A program made the translations under genes and the position numbers. From assembly GCA_043228905.1 (NCBI GenBank), contig JBHGNT010000015.1, forward strand, positions 4,898,001 to 4,962,000: DNA of 64,000 bases. The letters are read 5' to 3'. Below are positions 36,447 through 49,129 of the stretch, one piece after another. Origin of the DNA: Azolla caroliniana. Lineage: Eukaryota; Plantae; Polypodiophyta. Within the stretch, counting starts at the first letter, position 1. The number at the start of each line of letters is the position of its first letter. The notes below the pieces were generated by a model, which saw only the letters and a list, made by a program, of their open reading frames with translations, ran no database searches and had not been told where the DNA came from.

Positions 36447-36840
36447 CATGGCCCAGGCATCGTCCTCAATATCCAGAACAACCCTAACTTTTAGAAACAG
36501 AAAAGAAAACATCAACAAACTTTTGAACACAAACTAATGCGTATGGAGAAGTAAGTTGATAATTTTATTTCAACAAACAAAACTATGAAGTGTAGTAAAA
36601 GGAGTAGAAGCCAAACCAAATGTTTGCGACCTAACATTTGAAGCATGGGAAGAGAAAGACCTTGCAACACAACTAGGATTTTGTCTCACCTCTAAATCTA
36701 TGAATGAATTCGAACCAAAAGTAGATGGAAATCAGGTTATGATATCATATGTATACTTGTAAACCTAAAAATGAAATATGATGATGAAATAATAGATTCA
36801 TCAATACATGGAAGAGGAAACCTGATGATTGTTGTATAGC
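36447..36840 (+). pseudogene. Copia gag relic downstream of ERD4 copy 1
   Basis: MAQASSS...KLLNTN; parallel to 22390-22800. Confidence 0.7.
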
Positions 36841-36844
36841 TCGA

Positions 36845-38030
36845 TATATGTGCATGTTTATCATGTTATCATGTCCATGTTATCATGCCACTAACCCCGA
36901 CTTCAAACGATGAGTATTATGAGTCATCATTGATTGCGGATCTTGTTTGTCTAGGCATTGTTGATGAAATTCTTCAACAATTGTGAGAGCATTTGCAACA
37001 TTCTGCACCAATTCCCAAGTGTAGTCACTTGAACTATAGCCTAGCCAAATCACCAAATAATATAATTTGTTGTGAACAATATTGGAATCAAGAATGGAAG
37101 CAATGTCGTAGTCCACCTTTAAGTTGAACAATAGGTGGAGCTTGTATAATATGATTTGGAATGTAACTTATATGGCATGCTTCTAAGAAAGAACAATGCA
37201 ATACTAGATGTGACCGTCATTATGAGGGTAGATCAAGGCAAAAGGTTATGTTATTGATTTTTCCATTAATGACAAAAGGGCCTAACCAATTATAATCCAA
37301 TTTGGCAAAGGGTCTAGCCTTTATAGGACATCATCACAACTATACTTGATCTCCAACTTGAAAAGTTGATGCAAGCCAATGCCGATCTACATTAGCTTTC
37401 TCTATTACTTGAAAAGTTATGGCTGAATTTGCTTACTTGATCTAAATGATCCTGAGCACTAGGATTTGTTGGTAATTTAGGAGCTTCGAATAAGCACCAT
37501 CGAGGATGGTAACATTTGCGGGGATAGAGTGGAGTAACCCTCATAGAGGAATGTATAGAATTACTATATGCAAATTCTGTTTGACCTTTAGTTTGTGGAT
37601 GATAATCTTAGGAGACTTTGAGCATTGTGAATGAATACTTCCAAAATACAGATATAAATTGTGGTCCACGATTACTAATTATGTTTTCTAGAAGACCATG
37701 GTGATGAAATACTTTGCGCACGACTAGATTGGTTGTTTTTTCATTAGTGACATCTTTAGTGCATAACAATAAATGTGTCATTTTGGCTTATCGATCAACT
37801 ACTAAATACTAGCATTGAGCCCCATAGAATGTGGAAGATCTTTAGTAGAATCTAAAGATATAGATTTCTATGGCTTGCTTGAAATCGGTGATGGTTGTAC
37901 AATAAACCATAGGGATGATATCGAGGCATCTTTTCTCCACAACATGTGTCACATGTGCGAACATAATCTTCGAGAAATTTACGTTGATGAGTCTACTAGA
38001 ATGATCATTTTAATAAATCCAAGATCTAAT
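36845..38030 (-). mobile_element. Degenerate Tcn1-like chromovirus integrase/chromodomain relic
   Basis: YDIASILDS...YYLVIWLGY...TWE chromodomain (36883-37131); integrase remnants upstream. Confidence 0.75.
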
Positions 38031-39099
38031 TCACACTAAATTGCTCAATTCTGTATGTATCATAGCAATGTTGTCTGACTTGGAGGTGGGATGACCCATC
38101 ATGAACATGAAGAAGATCGTTGTAGAAAAGTAATCCATCGTGCCACTTGAATTGCTTATAATCCGTGTATGAATGTTGTGTGTTATAGGTTTTAGGGTTA
38201 GGGTAAAGGATGATAGGATAAAAATGGAAATAGGGTTAGCGATGATGACGATAATGAATTTGTGTGTTGATGATGGATTGATGATTAGTGATGGAGATGA
38301 TGGGTGTCGCGGAGTAGTAGCATGATTGCGATGTGCATATAGAAGCATTGCGGGGTGGGGGGTGGTGCCTAGAATGGCTCCACCCCCTCCCAAGGGGGTT
38401 CAACGTAAGGGAAGAGAGACAGAAAGAGAGATGACAAGAGAGAATTACTCATCCTTCATTCATTCCCTATAAAGGGTTTATATAGTACAAGAGGGGGTAG
38501 ATACATACTCACTAATCACTCACTCACACCTCCACACTAATCACTCACTCACACCTCTTCTCATCTGTCCATATGCACACATGTGTGCATGTATTCACAT
38601 ACGTATCGACTCACACTCACAATTACACTTATGCACATTTAAACATGCACATCAACCCCTTCACTCTTTCACCCTCGTTACACTCAACTCTCCATACATC
38701 TCATACGATAACATTGTGACTATGAGGAAGATGTATCATTTGGATCAATATGAGCTAAGATGTCTTGAGCGAAGACATTTGTCTTGAGATCATGAAAAAT
38801 AATATCAATAATGCTTGAATCTAATGGAGTATCAAAGCCTGTCGTTGCTTAAAGTCGTGCAAGACCTAGGATTACTTGTTTCTTATTATCAAAGGTGTTA
38901 AGTAGATGGCACATGGGTACTATTCATGAAGATATGGGCACCAACAAGGAACACCAACGAACTAATCTAAAAAAAGAGGGATAGAACAAACTGAGTAGGA
39001 CAAAACGCAAGCCAATGGGTAACCTAGTGTGAAACAAACACATTCACTAAATGTAAAAGCTACAAAAGCCACTATGTAGAGTCTTTTATATTAACTGTT

Positions 39100-39540
39100 C
39101 TCAAATCTTAAGAGTTTCTCCTAGTGATTATTATGCAAAGCCTCCTTTTCTATCTCCCTAATGGGAATTAAGAGCTAATGCTAGGTCATCCCAAGGAATA
39201 TTGGTGACGAAAATCCGCAATGTAAGCTGAGGTTGGACGATCACCTTGACGCAATCTTCAGATTTTATTGATTGCCATCCTAAAGTCATTGGTGTCTCTG
39301 AAACAGGCTTTAAACTTGCTAATAAATTCCTCAAAATTATTTATCAATGGAGATAATTTCTCTAACAAAGGAGCGAACCATGCCAAAGTTGTGCCTACTA
39401 GTCCCACTCATGATGCATTAATGGGATATTGGGAAGGATGCATTTGAATCACTAGACATGCTTGATTAATAAATCCTGTGAATTGTGATCACGTTCCATC
39501 AAATTTCGTAGGAAGACTGATCTTGGGTTCATGAAATTGA
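39100..39540 (-). mobile_element. Gypsy (Tcn1-like) gag relic
   Basis: EPKISLPTKFDGT..FINQ, WFAPLLEK; parallels 54951-55412. Confidence 0.7.
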
Positions 39541-42255
39541 ATAAGCAACCATACACTACAATATGAGAATGGTTGAACGAAACGGAATCATTACAAGAAG
39601 GAGAAAGATTGAATAAACAGCAAGCAACCATGCAAGCTTCATACCTAATGCTTCAACCAGAGTATGGTGAAAATTTTCAATATTCTCTAATGAAGCAATA
39701 AAGAGTTTCCAGAAACTAATCTTCATCTTATATCATATCTTGTAAACGTTTGCCTATTTCCTCGTCTTCACGTGTAATATGGTTGGACAGATAGGAAGGG
39801 GTATATGCACGCACGATTTCCTCAACACTAGGACAATTTTGTGGTTCCTCACAAGTAGCATAGAGAGGAGTCACATCGAAAGATGGGTCGAAGAACTTTC
39901 GACACATGTATGCGAACACAATAGTTGCGACCAATGGCGGCAACAATAGTGGTACATACACGAACTCCATAACTCTGAGATAGCCAAGCATTGTGAGTTG
40001 AGATAAGAGGAGAGAAGCTACTATCCGGGAATGGATGTGAGGCCACATCCTACCTCCGCTCTCGTACTTCGGCACGATCATGTTGAGCGCCTACAAAATC
40101 ACAGAGGACTAATATTAACATGCTACTCATATATTAATAAATCCTTGGTATCATATCTTTACTCGAAAAGAAGTATGGCAATCTTTGGCAATGTAAGGAC
40201 CCGTATGGGGAGGGGGTGGGGAGGTCAATCATTGAACAATTAAGGAATAAAGCTTCCTATGCCCAATCATTCTTTGAAATAACTCTGGGTACTGAATCGT
40301 CTCAACACTCATATTATCTCTATATGTCGGTACTGAATTTGGCTCCTAATGTATCATAATGTATACCATCCTTTTAACATAGATTAATCTACATATTATA
40401 CTTGGATAATACATCTCTGGTTAGTACGTCGATTAATCTACACATCAAACAGGAATTTTATAGTACATGTCTTAATATGTATACATGCATTAATCACGCA
40501 GATACACTTGGTATAAACACCAAATTTGCAGATGTATGCATTTATCACATATAACATACATCTGTGTGACATTAACTTTAGGAAATTACTTGTATGCACA
40601 GAGTGCGGAATAGCCTTACCAGATTCCGCATGAATAGCCAGCCTACACCAAAGTAGACAATGGCAAACACCAAAATCAGCGGTGCTATGACTGCATATGA
40701 AAAAGTGATTGTCAAGATGAGCATATCCCCTGGGACACGAATTGCATATTTGAAGCACTTAGGAGCCCATGCTTCTTGGATGTCTTCCTCAGTCTTGCAT
40801 TGGAACCTCTTTCTGATACGGAATTTGATGAGTGAGACTATCCTTGAGAATGCCAAGCCATAACCCACAAAGAGCCTGCATTAGTAAGCACCGGGAAAAA
40901 AAATTAGAATCATTAGAATCAGGCTGACAACATATATATGCCTAATGCACATATTGTTTTCGATTACTCCATTACATTGCTAGTCAAAATCCCCACAAAG
41001 AAAAAATGCAACGTGTTTGATTCTAGAAGTCCTCAAAACTGAGCGTATAAATGTGCTGATCGACATCTTTATATAAATGACAAGCAGAATTAAGGGATTT
41101 CTGGATGCGGATTGCACAGACAAATGCATAGGTATAGGCCTCGTGTTGTAGCAAATGGCGCGTTATATTACTTGATGGCCACAAATGAGATGAAGAAGCT
41201 GGCTTGTCTGGGCAGAGATTCGATTAGCTGTGAAATTATGAATCGCGGAGAATTTATGAATTGCGAATTATTGATGATGCCGAAAAGGTAAGCAAACAAT
41301 CTGACGGCGATGGTGACACCCAAAAAGACGTTCAAAACATTGAAGTAGAAGAATTTCCCAGCAGCTGCCCTGTCCCCAAGGGCTTTTGAAGGAATCCCCT
41401 CGAAGCTTGAGAGCTTCAGGAGCAGAGATGGAAGCAAGAAAATGGAGATAAGGAGAACCAGCTGAGAAAGAATATACTGCAGTGGTGTGTTGACTAATAG
41501 CATATCCACCAGAGGCTTGAGCAAGATGGCGGCCGAGATGAAGTAGGCGGGGATCGTGTAGAAGAGGATCATGACCGTAACCATGAAATAGACTAAAGTT
41601 TTCCGGACGAGTCTCTGTACATAGGGTATAGCGAGGTTTCCCCATATGACCGCTTTCGGATCGGGAGCAGCACAGGTAGTCCATTGATTGGCATAGAGGC
41701 TATGCATAGACTGCGAATTTGTCAATGGTTTGATGTGATTACAATGGAAGACTGAATATTTAGTTAACAGACGAGCATTTAATATAATCATCCTCTTCAT
41801 AATGATGATGATGATTAAGGCAGAGAGAAATTATCTCTGTTGTGAGATTTGGACGACATTAACATACAACTTAGGGGTTGATTAAAGATTAATAGACCGA
41901 ATTAGACCACTCATTGAGAATCTTGGAGGAGTTGATTACCAGAGATGCACTGTTGGCAGCTGCTCTGGTACTAAAGATGACAATAGCGGCGCCGTTCTGC
42001 GACACGGAAAAAGTGACAGAATTTCGTTCAGTATCTAGAGCTCTTTCTTTCTCATCTTTCCGTCGCTTGTAGAAATCGATGGATTTTTCTCGACGACCAA
42101 AGAGACCGAGGAACCCAGTCCTATGCGTAGGCTCGATCTCCGTCTTCGAGTATTCCAGCTCTGCACGAGCCAGTTTCCTCCTAAATTCCTCCCTCTCTCG
42201 CCACAGCTTAGCTGCCTGAACCATGTCAGTATACAGAAAGAATTCACGCAATTAG

Positions 42256-42463
42256 TGTTGGGAATGGTTCCGACATGATGACAAAATGTTTCTCAAAGGG
42301 AGAAGCTTGAAGTTTGCAAACAAAAGGCAAACCTAGTTGTGCCCCCCACTTGAGATGGAGGGGGAGTATTGTTGGGGCTTGTCCACTCAAGTGGAGCCCA
42401 CAACATTAAGTCGGGTGAACGCCGAATAGACTTAATACTAATTAGTTGTATTTAAATAAATAA

Positions 42464-42497
<34 letters not shown>

Positions 42498-45400
42498 CTC
42501 CTTTTTTCTTTTTGTATGTTTTTTTTGGGCATGTGTCTTTTGTGTGTGTGAGTGTGAACACAGGTTTGTAGACGTTGGACAAAGAAAAGAAGAAAAGGAA
42601 AAAGGAGAGACAACGTGACCTGTTTTTTTTTCTGTGAGAAAGAAAACAGAGAGCAAAAACTGGTTTTTCTGAGAGAGAAAACAGAGAACGAAAACTGATT
42701 TTTCTGAGAGTACAGAGAGAGAGAAACAAAAATCGAAAGAGTGAGCAAGGGGAAGAGTGAACTACTATCACAAATATAGAGACCTACGAGGGGTTGTTCG
42801 TGCTATCGAAGAACCACGATTGAACAACACCTCTCCTATCTACTTGTTTCAGGTTTCTTCGTTTTATATTTTTCTAGCTTCTTTTTTATTTGGTTTTCTA
42901 TCCACCCAATTGGGCGAGGAATTATAATTTGGGTCATTGTTGTATCCACCCAATCGGGTGAAGAATTGTAGTCGAGGTTGTTGCCTTGAAGTAGATACAT
43001 TCCTCTAGTGAGGTCGTATTTCATTGTAATCCAAATTATAGTGAAATTGTTTGGAACCTACGGTTCCCGTGGTTTTTCCCTATTTTGGGTTTTCCACATT
43101 AAAATCTTGGTGTACTCTCATTTTCGTCTTGTGGTTTCATCTATTGGTTATCAAGTGTTAATTGTGCTGGAAGTTTTAATTATCCTGATTCCGCTCCATA
43201 TTCCCAACAAGTGGTATCAGAGCAGAGGTTCATACCTCCGCAAAGACTTGGAATATGGATGAATCATTAGGCGGGATGATTAAATTGACGGGTTCTAACG
43301 ACCCCATTTGGAAGTCCAAAATGAGGGACATGTTGGTATGTAAAAACATGAGGTTGCCTGTACTACATGGTACGAGCAAACCCAAGAACATAGATGCATT
43401 AACTTGGGACGCTATGCATCTAAAGACATCTGCATACATCCGATGTTTTATAGACATGAGTCTATATAACAATTTCTGTGATGAAACCAAAGCAAACGAG
43501 TTATGGAGAAAAATCGAGAGTATGTTTCAGACCAAAAATGCTTTGAATAGAGTCTCCGTGTTTAGGAAACTTTTAAGACTTAGGTATCAAGATGGCTCTA
43601 GTATGGCAGAGCATCTTAATACGTTTCAAGGATTTATAAGTCAAACTGTCTCTCTAGATATACCTCTAGCAAATGATGTGTTGACCTTGTTATTGTTAGG
43701 CTCTCTCCCAGATAGTTGGGAAACCCTTGTTGTGACGCTTGGGACTGCAACACAACAAAAAGACCTAACATTGGACATGCTTAAGTCGAATCTTCTACAT
43801 GAAGAAGCACGATGAAAGGAGCATGAGTCCAACTTTGATCATAAAGCCTTAGTCATAGAAAACAACTCCTCTAGAGGAAGAAACCATGGTAGGGGTCCAC
43901 AAAATCACAGAAATAATTCTAAGGGGAGGTCTAAATCTAGAAATAGGAAAGACTCTAAGAAAGATTTCACGTGTCACTATTGTGGTGGTCTAAACCACTA
44001 TGAAAGAGATTGTAGGAAGAAAAAGAGGGACCAAAAGAGTGGAACTACTGACAACAAGAAAAATGATTCCACGACAGCCGCATGTGATGGTGATATCATC
44101 ATTGCGTGTGATGATGCTTGTGTCAACTTAGCATCCCAAGAAACCGATTGGATTATCGATTCGGGAGCCTTGTACCACATTACCCCATATCGGGAAATGT
44201 TCTCGTCATATGCCAGTGCTGACTTTGGTAAAGTCAAAATGGCAAACCACGGCGTGACTGAGGTCGTTGGCATAGGAAATATAATTCTGACCACGGATAT
44301 GGGTTGCAAACTAGTATTAAAAGATATTAGGCATGTGCCAGACATTTGGCTGAATATTATTTCAGCCGGTAAGCTTGATGATGAGGGTTACACAAATTCC
44401 TTTGGTGAAGGAAAATGGAAGCTCATCAAAGGCTTGCTAGTATTAGCAAAATGTCTAAAACAGAATTCCCTCTATGTACTTCATGCTGTGGTGTCCGGCG
44501 GAGAGGTAAATGTAGCCAACAAGGATGCCTCGATTGAGTTATGGCATAAGAGACTTGGGCACATGAGTCAAAAGGGACTCGATGTTCTAGCAAGGAAGAA
44601 CATCTTGCCGGACATAAAAGGGATGCACTTGGAAACTTGTGTTGATTGCTTGGCTGGCAAACAACACAGAGTTTCTTTTCAACATCTGCCCCCCAAAAGA
44701 AAATTTCAGCCATTGGAATTGGTGCACACGGACTTGTGCTATATGAAAGATAGAACTCTTGGGGGAGCATTGTACTTTGCCACATTTATCGATGACTTCT
44801 CGAGGAAGTTGTGGTGCTTTGCATTAAAGACTAAAGATCAAGTGTTTGAAATCTTTAGGAACTTTCATGTAAGTGTGGAAAGAGAAACTGGAAGAAAACT
44901 GAAATGAATCTGTGCCGATAACGGTGGTGAATATCAGGGACGATTTGAGGAATATTGTCGTGAGCATGGTATTAGACTAGAGAGAAGTGTCCCGAAAACA
45001 CCTCAGCACAATGGTGTGGCTGAGAGGACGAATAGGACAATTTGTGAGCGGATAAGATATATGTTATCCCACTCAAAGTTGCCTAAATCCTTTTGGGGTG
45101 AAGCAATGAGGACTGCAATTGACCTCATAAACTTGTCTCCGTCAGCCCCCTTGGATGGCGATGTTCCCGATAGGGTTTGGACAGGCAAAGATGTGTCATA
45201 CAAACACTTGAGAGTATTTGGTTGTAGGGCCTATGTTCACATCCCAAAAGATGAAAGATCCAAGCTTGATGACAAATGCAAACCATGCATATTCTTGGGA
45301 TATGGCCATGAGGAATTCAGCTATAGACTTTATGACCCAGTAGAGAAGAAGGTCATTAGAAGCAGGGATGTGGTATTCCTTGAGGATCAGACCTTACAAG

Positions 45401-47512
45401 ATCCGGAGCCGAATGAAATGCCGGATCTCACCCCTGATTTTTCAGTTACCGAACACCCAATGCCTGCCCCAGACACACAAGGTCATGGGGGAGATACCGA
45501 GGAGTATGATGATACGACTGATGATGCAGCCGACGACGATGATGGGAAAAATTATGACCAACATACTCTATGTGACATTTCAGCAGCTCCTCCGGAAGAG
45601 GAAGAGGTTAGAAGGTCTATGAGACATGGAAGACCTTCTACGAGATACAGCCCACATGAATATGTGATGCTTTGAGATGGAGGAGAGCCAAAAAGCTTTA
45701 GAGAAGCTATGGAAAATGATCATAAGGAGGAATGTCTTGACGCCATGAATGATGAGATGAAGTCTTGGCGAGACAATCACACTTATGATCTTGTAAAGCT
45801 GCCCAAGGGCAAGAGAGCGCTGAAAAACAAATGGGTTTACAGGCTCAAGATTGAGGAACATTGCTCACAACCAAGATACAAGGCAAGATTGGTTGTGAAG
45901 TGGTTCAACCAGAGAAAGGGAATTGATTTCGAGGAGATTTTCTCACCAGTGGTGAAGACTTGGGATCACACCCAGTCTCGATCTAGAAATCGAGCAACTT
46001 GATGTAAAAACCGCCTTCCTCCATGGCGATTTGGAAGAAGAGATTTACATGGATCAACCCAAAGGGTTTGGAGTCAAAGGTAAGGAAAACCTGGTATGCA
46101 AGTTAAAGAAGAGCTTGTACGGCCTAAAACAAGCTCCTAGACTTTGGTACAAAAAGTTTGACTCCTTTATGTTGAACCATGGGTATAATAGAACAAACAC
46201 AGAACATTGTGTGTTTGTTAAGAAATTCCCAGATGGGGATTTTGTCATTTTGCTCTTGTATGTTGATGATATGTTGATTGTTGGTCAAGACACCAACAAG
46301 ATTGAGAAGCTGAAAAAGGAACTCAGCAAATCTTTTGCAATGAAAGACTTGGGACCAGCTAAGCAAATCCTTGGGATGAAGATAACCAGGGACAGGTCAA
46401 GCAAAAGACTTTGGTTGTCTCAAGAAAAATACATTGAGAAGGTACTTGAGAGTGGTTCCGACATGATGACAAAATGTTTGTCAAGGGAGAAGCTTGAAGT
46501 TTGCAAACAAAAGACAAAATGTTTGTCAAGGGAGAAGCTTGAAGTTTGCAAACAAAAGACAAAATGTTTGTCAAGGGAGAAGCTTGAAGTTTGCAAACAA
46601 AAGACAAAATGTTTGTCAAGGGAGAAGCTTGAAGTTGTGCCCCCCACTTGAGATGGAGGGGGAGAATTGTTGGGGCTTGTCCACTCAAGTGGAGCCCACA
46701 ACATTAAGTCGGTTGAACGCCGAATAGACTTAATACTAATTAGTTGTATTTAAATATGTATGTATGTATGTCTCCTTTTTCTTTTTGTATGTTTTTTTTG
46801 GGCATGTGTCTTTTGTGTGTGTTAGTGTGAACACAGGTTTGTAGACATTGGACAAAGAAAAGAAGAAAAGGAAAAAGGACAGACAACGTGACCTGTTTTT
46901 TTTTCTGTGAGAAAGAAAACAGAGAGCAAAAACTGGTTTATCTAAGAGAGAAAATAGAGAACGAAAACTAATTTTTCTAAGAGTGCAAAGAGCGAAAACA
47001 GAAAATAGAGAGAGAGAAACAGAAATCGAAAGAGTGAGCAAGGGGAAGAGTGAACTACTATCACAAATATAGAGACCTACGAGGGGTTGTTCGTGCTATC
47101 GAAGAACCACGATTGAACAACACCTGTCCTATCTACTTGTTTCAGGTTTCTTCGTTTTATGTTTTTCTAGTTTCTTTTTTATTTGGTTTTGCATCCACCC
47201 AATTGGGTGAGGAATTATAATTTGGGTCATTGTTGTATCCACCCAATCGGGTGAAGAATTGTAGTCGAGGTTGTTGCCTTGAAGTAGATACATTCTTCTA
47301 GTGAGGTTGTATTTCATTATAATCCAAATTATAGTGAAATTGTTTGGAACCTACGGTTCCCGTGGTTTTTTCCTATTTTGGGTTTTCCACGTTAAAATCT
47401 TGGTGTACTCTCATTTTCGTCTTGTGGTTTCATCAATTGGTTATGAAGTGTTAATTGTGCTTGAAGTTTTAATTATCCCGATTCCGCTCCATATTCCCAA
47501 CAATTCCCAACA
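42256..47512 (+). mobile_element. Tnt1-like copia D in intron 3 of ERD4 copy 2, internally deleted, with aberrant ends
   Basis: LTRs 42370-43209 and 46668-47502; PBS TGGTATCAGAGC 43212-43223; gag from 43255; INT/RT with stops; TSD ATTAG at 42251-42255 and 47513-47517. Confidence 0.92.
46468..46636 (+). repeat. 45-bp tandem repeat (about 3.7 copies) of the RNase H C-terminus
   Basis: Encodes TKCLSREKLEVCKQK repeats just before the PPT. Confidence 0.92.
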
Positions 47513-48125
47513 ATTAGCTACACCATAAACTCAGAAAGATAAGGCAAAACCCTAATGGTTTGGACAGATTTGCAGAGATTATGAGATCCTTGGGTACATA
47601 CATTGGATATCTTTGTGACGATGACACATGCTTTGTAGGTTTCAGGGTGCAGAGCTTTGAAGTACTTGTCCACCTGGTCATAGATGGTGCCACTGCCAGG
47701 CACAGGAGCAGGGATGTCCCTCACCAGAACTGCGTATTGCTCGTATTTTACTTTCTGAGGGTTAGATTGATCCACGCTTCTCAGATGCACCACATGCTTG
47801 TAGGTCTTCCATAGCCGATGCATCGTGACTATGGTGACCCAGTAAGCTCCAATTACATAGGCCCACAGACGTTTGCTCCCATCCTGCAGAATCAGTCAAG
47901 AAGAAGAGAAAAACCATCAGCTTCAGTCCATTGATTCGATTCCATTCTACAGATGTGATTAGATTAATATAATTGTATTACCGTGACATTCAGCATGGTG
48001 ACCTTGTCGAAATCACTGAATCTATCCCTCGAATTCTTGGCTGTTATGGAAACAGGAAGCAGTATGGGCACGCAAAATATTGCTGTGTACAGGCAAATGT
48101 AGAAGGCTGCAAGGAATTCAAAGCA

Positions 48126-48325
48126 GAGGAAAGTAATTGAATCAGAACCAGAGGAAAGTAATTGAATCAGAAACAGAAGAAAGTAATTGAGTCAGAACCA
48201 GAGGAAAGTAATTGAATGAGAACCAGATGAAAGTAATTGAATCAGAACCAGTTGAATGTAACTGAATACGAACCAGATGAAAGTAATTGAATACGAACCA
48301 GATGAAAGTAATTGAATCAGAACCT
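48126..48325. repeat. 25-bp minisatellite, about 8 copies, in intron 1 of ERD4 copy 2
   Basis: Unit GAGGAAAGTAATTGAATCAGAACCA with variants. Confidence 0.92.
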
Positions 48326-49129
48326 GAATAAGAATCAAACTAATTGAACCAAAGTGAAGTTAGAGTCTAGTAGATTACGATGAGTCCACTAGTTAGAGCT
48401 CATATTTGAAGTCCATTTAGGTTGCGAGCAAAAAAACACAGGAAAATCATGAAACAAATGCAGGCAGGTCGGTCATTTTGGCATCTGATTAGCAGGCCAT
48501 ATCACAGAAACCTATTCACTGCAGTCGCAAACTAATCATTCTAAAAGTAATCGCATTCCAAACCAAAATCAGCAAAAACGAGTGGAACACAGGAAATTCT
48601 GCTTATAGATTAGTTACCAGATCCAAGAAACGTCATGTAGATGGCAGCATCCAGGCCTGCATTCTTGATAATCTCCTCCTCAGTAGCAAACCAAGCTTCG
48701 CTCAGCCAGCCGAAAAGCTTCGCTTGTAATAGGGGGGGACATTCTTGATTTTCTTGGCCGGGTAATAGATTACTTCGTTTTCAGGGATCCGAGAGAAGAT
48801 GGAATGGACAATTACAAGAACCACGAAGATTAGGAAAGACGTGACCAGCGACACGACAAAGGTTGAGGTATCCATGTCCAATAACGATCAAGCTTTCTCT
48901 CTTAGAAAGGAATTTAAGAGAAGGTTCAGGCCTAAGATGTAACGGCCATGGAGGGTTATTATTGAATTAAGTCTGCCTAAGATTGGCGATGGCGGAAAAC
49001 AGAAACAACTCAACATCAGAAATGCAGCAGGAACAACTCAACATCAGAAATCAGAGATTGTTTGTTGGACTTAAGATTATGGACTGACCTTGTTTGTTGG
49101 GAGATAGGGGGAAAGTAGAGCTTCTAAGC

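Larger units (their letters stand above)
39728..48875 (-). pseudogene. ERD4: ERD4/OSCA3 (CSC1-like channel) copy 2, near-intact; exons 48875-48618, 48106-47982, 47883-47602, 42215-41940, 41710-41172, 40875-40620, 40090-39728
   Basis: All six introns are GT-AG with consistent phases, giving about 699 aa. Motifs AGLDAAIYMTFL, YAVLVRDIP, PTHRTGFLGL, APDPKAVIW, YAIRVPGDML, YESGGRMWPHIH. One 1-nt deletion in exon 1. Confidence 0.88.

Noticed and set aside
38031-38790. Low-complexity ORFs of 120 and 68 aa
   Set aside because: Simple-sequence, LTR-like DNA without domain motifs; boundaries could not be fixed.
42438-43262. Several ORFs also seen at 46736-47528
   Set aside because: Inside the LTRs of copia D; low-complexity translations.
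48126-48325. Regular repeat arrays (also 46468-46636) as possible CRISPR
   Set aside because: Head-to-tail units with no unique spacers, in a eukaryotic context.
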